Positions 25,085 through 34,069 of a stretch of 40,869 nucleotides of DNA are shown piece by piece. A program made the position numbers and the translations under genes. The DNA comes from Octopus bimaculoides. Taxonomy: Eukaryota. The stretch covers positions 66,593,641-66,634,509 of the forward strand of contig NC_068987.1 in NCBI RefSeq assembly GCF_001194135.2, read 5' to 3'. The notes beneath the pieces are model-generated. The model worked only from the letters and a program-made list of their open reading frames with translations. It was not told where the DNA came from and ran no database searches. Every line of letters starts with the position of its first letter. Positions within the stretch are counted from its first letter, which is position 1.

Positions 25085-25490
25085 AGTGACGCTTTCGCTC
25101 TAGCAAATGTTATACCGAACATTATATCAAAAGAGCGAGCCCTATCCAATGGCCAAAGGTCCTTTGGGATACTCCTTCCCCTTCAACTTTTTTAACACCC
25201 TCTTTAGAGCCCCTACTCTTCCTAACAAGGCTGTTTTCAGCAACAGCCCCGTTCTAATGGTAATTCCTAGCTTCTCAAGCCATGCATCCACTCTTTTACT
25301 AAATGTTCCCAGCACGCCGATCAGAATGGGTGCCAATTCCAAGTGCCTGATTCTTCGTAGTTTCCTGATTTCCCACCTGAACTCCTAATATTTCTCCACT
25401 TTCTCCGTTTCCATCTCATTCGCATTCTGGTCCCACAGTGCACCAATATTCACAATAACTGTGCCTTGTTCTTTTCTATGACCCACAAGC
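25085..25490 (-). mobile_element. 3' end of an R4/Dong-like RLE LINE (family 1)
   Basis: KEQGTVIVNIGALWD..EMETEKVEKY*E..EIRKL...LAPILIGVLG..WLEKLGI..LLKTALLG..LKRVL matches the RLE C-terminal pattern D.A.P.D..KE.EK.EKY..L..E...P.V.GALG..LQK..LLG. Confidence 0.82.
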
Positions 25491-25780
25491 AGCGCCTGCA
25501 CAATTGCATTCACAGCACCACCTGAAGCAGCATTATATAATTTCAGCAGCTTTATAATTGCGTGATTAGTACTGTCATTGAGATTATCAACCTCATCATT
25601 ATCATCACTACCAGCATCGCCACCACCACAACTTCAATCACCACCGCCTACTCCGACATCGCCGCTACTATCACCATCGTCGTCGACACCATCATCATCA
25701 TCATTATTATCATTATCATCATTATCATGATGATGCTTATTATTATAATTATTATTATTATTATTATTTATTTGACTTTT

Positions 25781-26285
25781 GCTTTGTATTTGTACAAGTT
25801 GGCTCCAAGTCTCGCAGAGACAAGTTAGTTCATCTTGGTGATATATATTTGGTTTTGCACATACTGTTGTTCGAGAGAATGTTTAAGAAAACATAAGAAA
25901 ATTATGAGTTTGTTTTAAAATTTGAGATTACATAAACAGTATTTTACGTAGGATATGGGCAGTTCCCATCAGCACTATCTTTTGAATTTCTGCCATTCTG
26001 GAGTTTACTGTTATCTGAGCTAGGTAGCAATCAGCCCCTTTTGCTATCATTCCTAGGGTACCTATGACAACATGTATTGTTTTAGTCTTGAGGTTTCACA
26101 TTTTGCCAATTTCTATTTCAAGACCTTTATACTTGCTCAGATTTTGGTAGGTCTTGACAAATACATTTATATCGATTGGGACAGTCATATCAATGAGGAG
26201 GCATGATTTATGTCTGAAGACTTTCACTATAATGTCTGTCCTATTCGCATCTATCTTACTGTCAGTTTGAAAGGTGAAATTCCAG
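25781..26285 (-). mobile_element. 3' end of an R4/Dong-like RLE LINE (family 2), flanked by (TAA)n on both sides
   Basis: 25928-26284 translates to WNFTFQTDSKIDANRTDIIVK...CLLIDMTVPIDINV..SKYKGLEIEIGKM*NLKT..VVIGTLG..EIQKIVLMGTAHILRKIL, a PD-(D/E)xK-type endonuclease. (ATT)n at 25741-25780 and 26286-26328. Confidence 0.92.
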
Positions 26286-26289
26286 ATTA

Positions 26290-26327
<38 letters not shown>

Positions 26328-26586
26328 GAGAGAGAGAGTAACGTATGCCATCAAATATACGAAGCCCAATATACTCATCATGGCTACCCGTCCGATAAGG
26401 GTACACCGAGCACATACATCACAACCATATTGCGTCTACTAGGGGTCTGTACTGTCTGTCAAGTCACAATAAGGACCTCAGACAGACATCAGTTATCAAG
26501 CACTCTTGTTTGACCCTTCTAAAATCTAGTATATCTGGCCTTGGATACTCTTCTTCTTCTTCTTCTTCTTAATGGTATTTGTTTAA

Positions 26587-26775
26587 TGCTTAATGGTATT
26601 TGTTCCTCTGTACGATGTGAGTCCAGATTCCGCCATGGTCCACTTTGACATTTACCTTTTCGGGATCGATAACATGAGTACCAGTTGAACACTGTGGTTG
26701 ATCTAATCGACTTATCCGCTCCCCCGAAATTGATGGTCTTGTGCTAAAATTATTATTATTATTATTATTATTATT
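26587..26775 (+). mobile_element. SINE family A, 5'-truncated and degenerate, (ATT)n tail
   Basis: Matches the body and tail of the 31383-32120 copies. Confidence 0.75.
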
Positions 26776-26988
26776 TAATAACTGTTCGATATTTGGTTCA
26801 TTGAGGCAAATTTTTACAGCATCACTTGCTCCACCCTTGTGTTGCCGGGGCGTGTGCAGCATTGTGTGTTCTTTTCTGCTGGAGGGAGTGTGCGAACTCT
26901 TTCCGGTACTATATTGTGTTAGCTTTTTTCCTCCTCGCAGTGTCGTGCTGTCTTTTGTTGTGTTACTCCTTATAGTGTCGGAAAATCA

Positions 26989-27130
26989 AGAAAATTCGTG
27001 CACGTAAAAATGAATATGAATACAAAATTACAATTAGACAGAGGTAGTGACATTTCGATTATAAATGCAGATATTTGGAAAAAAATCGGTAAACCGAGAT
27101 TACGTAAAACACCGAAAATCGCGCCTGGTG
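26989..27130 (+). pseudogene. Gypsy aspartic protease fragment
   Basis: RKFVHVKMN..KLQLDRGSDISIINADIWKKIGKPRL aligns by eye to the protease at ~20360-20500 (QLDTGSDITIINEKTW..KPKL). Confidence 0.85.
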
Positions 27131-27968
27131 AGAGCCAATGCATACGGCAGGACCGAGAGTAGACAACCTTGACGAACTGAGCGTTCGATATAGAACAGCT
27201 CCTAAAAGAAATTGTTCACTCGAAATACCGACTTGATGTTACTATATAAAGCGTTGATCCAGCCGCGAAATGTCGGGAGAAAACTGGCCGCCTCGAGAGC
27301 AGCCGCCAGATACTGATGGTCTACAAAATCAAAAGCTTTAGGTTGGTCTAAATGGACCAACGTCCCACCCTTGCCAGGAATCCTATTTACCCTTCAACTC
27401 TGCGTTGAGTGGTGAGCCTTTAAGTTGTTAATTACGCCCCCCTTTTTTGGGTCCTTTCTGATCAACACCACCACTCCCTGGCTCATAGACGCAAGAATAA
27501 TCCCCTTCGTCTGCCAGTTATTGAAGACACAGGCCAGCAGATGCCCAAATAAGTCTGGCATAGTCTAATACAATTCACAGGGGAGACCATCGTGGCTCAG
27601 CAACCTGTCTCCACCGCACTCCGACAATGCATTCTCCACTTCCGCGCACAGATCGGCTCTTCCTTGGCGAAGAGGTTCGTGAGGTCCTCCCACATTCCGG
27701 CCCATCGCCCCCCGCCCCCAAACAGTCCAGTGAAATGCTCGTGTAAAGCCGTACACATCTCCTCGGGTTCAGTTACCGTTTGCCTTTGTTGGTTCGGCAA
27801 AAACCTTAATGTGGAATTATTACCACGCTGAGACTCTACAACACGAGCCCATCCGGCAGAGTTGATACTCCTTTGGCCCATTGCACGTATCTTCGCTCTG
27901 ACTCTGCAACCCTCGTATTTAGCCTCGAGGTGAAGTCAGAACGCCATCCTCACTCACGGTCAACACTC
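27131..27968 (-). mobile_element. L1/Tx1-like LINE ORF2, inverted 5' segment (EN-RT linker to RT motif RQGC)
   Basis: Minus strand: HLEAKYEGCRVRAKIRAMG, DGLPCELY, GVVVLIRKDPKKG, LDQPKAFDFVDHQYL, ERSVRQGCLLS..YALAL. Confidence 0.9.
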
Positions 27969-29180
27969 GAGAAGCAGAGCCAGATGCCAAGATTTAGGGT
28001 ATGGAAAGTCAGTCACAGCATATCCTGGGACCATGACCTACAGGGGATAGATTAGGCCCTAAAGGATTCGAAGCGGTGTCAAGAGCAAGAATTAACTGGG
28101 ATAAAACGCTCGGCTTGCAGCTCGGCATCTGGAAAGGTAGGTCGATGCCGTCCAATAGCGTCACCGGACGCTAGACAGATGGTCCAGTGGAAATGTTGGA
28201 GTCTGGTTTGGTCTAGGCCTCCAGATAGAGAATTGAAGCGAGATTTCGGGCAGGTGGCGTTTATAACTCAGAATTATTCTGGGTGGGGGCTATCCCTGAA
28301 AGGGAGGGTGGAGGTGGCAAATGTGTATATCGCATCTGTTCTTACCTAACGCCTAACCGTCGTGCCGTGCCCCGTTCGTGGCTAAACAAGTTGGAACGCA
28401 TGCTATTTAACTTCTTGTGAGAGTGTAGCGGCCTCTTGTAAGGCGCTTTATCTGCTGCCAACAGCCGCTAAAGGGTGGGTTAGGGAGGCTGTGGCTAAAG
28501 ATGCGCAAGCATGCGCTGATGTTGAGGTATCTCTGGCTCCACCTCGACGCTGAGCGGGTATGGTCTCCGTCGTTGATGAGATATTTCCAAGGTTTACCTC
28601 TTTTGGTGAACTAGAATGCTGGATCAGATGTAGACTAAGGCTGAGAGCTTGGCAAACAGAGTGTCGACAGGCGCTCATGCTTCTCTCCCGAACGAGCAAT
28701 GCCGGCAGAGTAGGTACCACCTTGGCATACTATAGAGGGCTGGTAGAGGGTAAGTGTGATGACGGCCTTGGGGAATTTCTGGGTTTCGATGACAGTCAGC
28801 TTGCCTATCCACGTCGAAGACTTTCGGCGCGGAATCTACGGACAACTTCCAGAGGCCCCTGGCTTCGCTGTGCTTCTGGAGTGCCTTGCCAGTTCGGAAT
28901 AAACTTGCGAGGCACGGCGTCACGATTTCGCCTACGTGCCCACGTTGCGTGCACAGCAACGAAACCGTTCTGCATGCAATCGTACAGTGTTCGAATCTAT
29001 CAGACCTGTGGGTTTCTACCGAACGGGTACTGTCACAACTGGGAGGAGTACAGAAGTAGTTGTATTTGTTGTTGCTGTTTTGGTAACACCAAGCATTGGC
29101 CTGAAAGGAACGTTCAATTTCCGATTTGGAAATTTGAGCCTTTTTTTTTGCATGTTGCATCTGAAATGAAACGTCTTTCC
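27969..29180 (+). mobile_element. L1/Tx1-like LINE ORF2, forward 3' segment (RT C-terminal half to CCHC zinc knuckle)
   Basis: Plus strand with frameshifts: RINWDKTLGLQLGIW, GPVEML.VWFG, LSLKGRVEVANVYIASV, CCQQPLKGGLG, DNFQRPLA..ALPVRNKLARHG..SPTCPRC..ETVLHAIVQC. No poly(A) tail seen. Confidence 0.9.
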
Positions 29181-29849
29181 ATTGAAATTTTTTATTTAGT
29201 TACATAAAGGGTCTAACCCGCATTTTTTCACGATTTTTTCGTTTTGCCCGATTTCTCAAGGATCTTTTTGTTTTAAATTGCATGTACAAATTTTATTATT
29301 TCCTTTTAAAGGAAACTGGATCCCTGTTAAGGAATACTATTATCACTGGAAAGAAATGTGTGAAAGAGAACTTCCCCAAAATAGTAAGGGACATAAAACG
29401 GAAGAAATAAATATGCAAACTGTTTTTTTTTTTTTGTCACTGATGTGGTGAAGACCACTGCTGTCAACGTTTCAGTAAACAATACTGTCATCTTTNNNNN
29501 NNNNNNNNNNNNNNNNNNNNNNNNNNNNNNNNNNNNNNNNNNNNNNNNNNNNNNNNNNNNNNNNNNNNNNNNNNNNNNNNNNNNNNNNNNNNNNNNNNNN
29601 NNNNNNNNNNNNNNNNNNNNNNNNNNNNNNNNNNNNNNNNNNNNNNNNNNNNNNNNNNNNNNNNNNNNNNNNNNNNNNNNNNNNNNNNNNNNNNNNNNNN
29701 NNNNNNNNNNNNNNNNNNNNNNNNNNNNNNNNNNNNNNNNNNNNNNNNNNNNNNNNNNNNNNNNNNNNNNNNNNNNNNNNNNNNNNNNNNNNNNNNNNNN
29801 NNNNNNNNNNNNNNNNNNNNNNNNNNNNNNNNNNNNNNNNNNNNNNNNN

Positions 29850-29889
<40 letters not shown>

Positions 29890-29900
<11 letters not shown>

Positions 29901-30097
29901 TTGTGTGTCTGTGTTTGTCTCCCAGTATTGCTTGAAAACCGATGCTGGTGTATTTACGGTCCCGTAACTTAGCGGTTCGGCAAAACAAACCGATAGAATA
30001 AATACTAGGCTTACAAAGAATAAGTCCTGGGGTCGATTTCGTCGACTACAGGCGGTGCTCCAGCATGGCCGCAGTCAAATGACTGAAACAAGTAAAT
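29890..30097 (+). mobile_element. SINE family B, 3' half following (TA)n(TG)n and a gap
   Basis: CCCGTAACTTAGCGGTTCGGCAAAA...GGCCGCAGTCAAATGACTGAAAC is the reverse complement of the 17271-17450 body. Confidence 0.9.
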
Positions 30098-30299
30098 GTG
30101 TAAATGCTCCAACTGAATAGAGAGGAGGCTGCAACAGCCACAAACTGAAATATAGGTGCAAGAGGTACAGTTCAAAAACAGTAGACTGCGTGGGAGGCAA
30201 TCAATCTGAAATAGTTGTAGCCATTTAAAATGCGTGATGGTTGGTAGAATTGTGGCAATAACTGCTTGATCATCCCAAGAATTGATCATTCTTCTTGAA

Positions 30300-30460
30300 A
30301 GCAGAAAATACTGAAACATATACTGACTAGTAGTCTATCTAAGGTACGAAGCAAGAGTAGCATGATCTGAGGAACAACAGGGGTTTAAAGAGAGTTAAAA
30401 GTGTACTAACAAAGCAGTATGTAAATATCACTAAAGATTCAGTTGGTGATCATTCCTGAG
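30300..30460 (+). pseudogene. Possible highly decayed LINE reverse-transcriptase fragment
   Basis: KILKHILTSSL..R...EEQQGF..KC resembles the KIL..IL..RL...EEQ.GFR..RS motif of APE-type LINEs. Short and frameshifted. Confidence 0.4.
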
Positions 30461-31382
30461 GGCCTGGTAGACCGATTGTTATCGAAAGATTAAACGAAAT
30501 AGAGTGAGATAGGGAAAGCTGAAAGGCAACAATTAAGAAGCACAGAAAGCTTCACATGTAACAACAGTTAAATTCACCACAAAAATCAATTGTGCGTACA
30601 TCCCTGGCACTCTTCGAGCCTTTAAATCTGGTTAGGACTTAGGATACCCCCCATTTAATCCGATTCGTTGGTAGTGAAAATGCTGCCAAGAAGGAAATGA
30701 GAACGGAAGGATATATAGTATGGTAAGAATCATTGACGGGGGGGGGGTCAAAAAGGTCAACTACTCAACAAACCAACAACCACCACAAAAATAGCAATAT
30801 CCACAATAATACCAAGAATAACATTAACAACAACAAAATCAGTAACATCACCCAAAGCAATAACAGAATCAGAAAAGGAAACAACAAACACAGTAACGAC
30901 TAGAGAAAACCACAGCGATAGCAAAAGATTCACTAAAGACGGCACTAAAAATTAACTATAGTTATAGCAACAACTAACAGGTAAGCCCTTAAACTAAACA
31001 CGTCTCTGAAAGTTTAAAGAGAATTTGATGGAGTATGTATACCCCAAAAGAGACACTATTTATACTTCAGGTGGGGGTCCGAACAAAATAACCATAGAAA
31101 CCCCACAATGGGGAATTCTTGTGTATCGCCCCCTTAGGAGAATTTACTCGACGTGAAAAACTTTAAACATTTTTTAAATAAAAGATTTTGGCGGTCCCTT
31201 ACTAAGCTATCTATAAAGAAACCCGGGAAATCAGATAATCGGCTTTACTTATTTGTTTCGATCTCACCTGCAATATAAATTTAGGTCGCTTGAGGTTGGC
31301 TTCGAAGCATGAAAACTTGCTCAACGACTTCAGGCCACTAAGGAAGAATGAGCTAATTGACAAATATTATAATTTTAACATT

Positions 31383-31614
31383 AAGGCGGTGAACTGGTAG
31401 ACTCGTTACCACGCCGGCCAGAGTGCTTGGAACTATTTCGTTCATTTTTACATTCTGGGTTCAAATTCCGTCGAGGTCGAATTTGCCTTCCATTCTTTCT
31501 GGGTTTCGCTAGAATCAGTACACCAGCTGAAGAGTGGAGTCGATCTAATCGACTACTCACTCCCCACAAAATATCAGGCCATTCATCTATAGTAGACAGG
31601 ATTACTATTATTAT
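31383..31614 (+). mobile_element. SINE family A, tandem copy 1
   Basis: AAGGCGGTGAACTGG head, GGTTCAAATTCC B-box-like site, tail AGTAGACAGGATTACTATTATT. Confidence 0.9.
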
Positions 31615-31622
31615 CGAAGAGA

Positions 31623-31850
31623 AAGGCGGCGAGCTGGCAGAATCGTTAGCACGCTGGACGAAATGCTTAGCGGTATCTCGCATGTCACTACGTCCTAAGT
31701 TCAAATACCACCGAGGTCGACTTTGCCTTTCATCCTTTCGGGCTTGATAAATTATGTACCAGTGAATTACTGGGGTCGATGTAATCAACTTATTCCCTCT
31801 CCAGAAAAGTAGCTACCCTTGTGGCAAAATTTGAAACCATTATTATTATC
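31623..31850 (+). mobile_element. SINE family A, tandem copy 2
   Basis: AAGGCGGCGAGCTGGCAGAATCG head; variant tail GCAAAATTTGAAACCATTATTATT. Confidence 0.92.
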
Positions 31851-31852
31851 GA

Positions 31853-32120
31853 AAATGGCGAGATGGCAGAATTGTTGACAAATTTGACAGCGCGCTTAGC
31901 GGGATATCTTCCGACTTATAACGTTTTGAGTTCAAATGTTGTGGAGGCCGACTTTACTTTTCATTATTTCGGGATTGATAAAATAACTACCAGTTACACA
32001 CAGGGGTCGATGTAATCAACTAGTCCCCCCAACAAAAAAGTTCTGGCCTTGTGCCTATAGTAGAAAGGATTATTATTATTATTATTATTATTGTTATTAT
32101 TGTTGTTGTTGTTGTTGTTA
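31853..32120 (+). mobile_element. SINE family A, tandem copy 3 with (ATT)n(GTT)n tail
   Basis: AATGGCGAGATGGCAGAATTG head; tail GCCTTGTGCCTATAGTAGAAAGG(ATT)n. Confidence 0.88.
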
Positions 32121-32740
32121 TTTAATTTCACCGTCCTACATAAAGATATACAGAAACTGTTCTAGCCTTGTGAACTCATCTGGACAAAATTATTTATTCG
32201 TTGTCCGCCTAAAATGCTTGAATATCAAACAGAAAACCGACCTATAGAAGTTTTTTTTTCCTTTCTTTTTGGTTTGGCGTTATCCGTATATTTAGAAACA
32301 AAATTTAATTTGTTCCTCAGATGCTTCTGCTTTTTGTCCAAAGCTCTCATGAGCGCATTACATATATATCATGAAGAAATTTGGCACTCTGTTGAGACAT
32401 TAGTTATTTTAATATCTAAGTAGATTCATTGAATGTTATTCTGCTACATTATTCTCCATTATCTTTTATTTTCAGATTTTCTCTGCTCACCCGTCAATTT
32501 GAATTTAATTTATTACTCTCCTTTATATTTATCAGTTTTCTTTATTTCTAGGATTGTATGTGATGTTGTTAGCTAGCATCATTTTCTGTTTATCTTGTTT
32601 CCTGTAGAAAAAAAAGTTCCTTTCAAATTGTTCTTTCCATCTAAAAGAACATTCATGTGTTAAATCCATCTTCTTGGCTCAAACTAGCGATGGCGGCTCA
32701 AAGGCAGTCTCTCGACTTACTAGAAATACTAGTAGAACTT

Positions 32741-32771
<31 letters not shown>

Positions 32772-32785
32772 CACACACACAGACA

Positions 32786-32824
<39 letters not shown>
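32741..32824. repeat. (CT)n(CA)n compound microsatellite
   Basis: Read directly from the sequence. Confidence 0.98.
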
Positions 32825-32827
<3 letters not shown>

Positions 32828-33129
32828 CTTCCGGCACACACTTTTCCTCTGAAATCCTACATTATCATCTAAAGAAGGACGGATATATTAGATCATATTA
32901 TACTTCATGTCGCAAATGGGTTGTTCAGAGTCAGAACGCTTTGATTTTGACTAATCGATCAGAGGCTGCCTTTCAGATAAACAGCAACCACAAAAGCAAA
33001 AGCAACAACAAATACAGCAACAACATCCACCACCTCACCCTGCTCAATGTTACTTCATCGATTCACTTCTTACGAAACAGCCTTTAATTATAAAACAGTC
33101 GAATTTAAAGTTCCTGTAGATACTGAACA

Positions 33130-33179
<50 letters not shown>

Positions 33180-34027
33180 TTGAAAGTTCTAATCACACTG
33201 AAGTCGTTTTTACAATTTATCACTCTAACTGTTGATTAAAACACATATGGTTTGGTTGGATTAAATACCCCAACTCGGCGAATTTGCAGAGTCTACACAC
33301 TGCCTCGCGGGATTTGTGCTGACTTTATGATCTCTGATTTCAAACCCCACAAAGGTGAGCTTCGCATTTCATTTTTGATGGAATAACAATCCATGACCGT
33401 AGGTAGGCAGCACTATGTGAAAGTCGGACCGATTCCTTTGCGGTAATTATTCCATCACATTGCGTTCGGTACATATCCAAACTCCTTGGGTGATACACTT
33501 AATCCTTTGCCCGGTTTTAAGTTCACCACCTTGTTTATCTTTACCAGGATGCATTCTGCTTCAAGTATTCTCGTGCCAGGTCCCTGGTTTAATGATCCCT
33601 CCCTCCATTCCTTCCACCCATCTCCAAATCTCTGTGAAAGGCCATCGACAGGGATTTCGCTCTGGACTGAAAAAAGGAAAAAGTAATTTTTTGCCTTGAA
33701 CCAGTGCAGGAACTTATATTTTCTGAATGTAATACTTTAGTTTTTTTTTTATCTATTTCATTTATAGTTTACATATTTCTTCTTGACACAAATATTATTC
33801 TTGTGATTCCAAAATAGAAATGTCGGCTGGAAATATGGTTATAGATTGATTAATTCGCACACACGAACGCTGACCTTGCAGTTAACTGATAGAATAGCTG
33901 TTGCTTTGTATATCACTTCCATTCTGTTAATAGTTACAAAGTTCATGTTATTCCATTCCCATGTATTTCACGTGTTCTATTATTATATATTATGTTTCGT
34001 CACTTCATGCTTGTTTCCTTCTGCTTA

Positions 34028-34069
<42 letters not shown>

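Noticed and set aside
24806-25195. Poly-I/T/V/M ORFs and HT/CV/YI-repeat ORFs (also 3472-3710, 6448-6745, 18645-18991, 25562-25828)
   Set aside because: Translations of microsatellites with no independent coding evidence.
28560-29207. 215-aa ORF as a novel gene
   Set aside because: It overlaps frameshifted L1/Tx1 ORF2; the recognisable CCHC knuckle is in another frame.
31383-32120. CRISPR-like or other repeat-spacer array (also 22638-22757)
   Set aside because: The units are long diverged SINEs or a minisatellite without unique spacers, there are no cas genes, and the context is eukaryotic.
32970-33120. Q/P-rich frame after a CTTTCAG acceptor-like site
   Set aside because: Explained by (CAA/CAG) low complexity; it ends in a stop with no donor.
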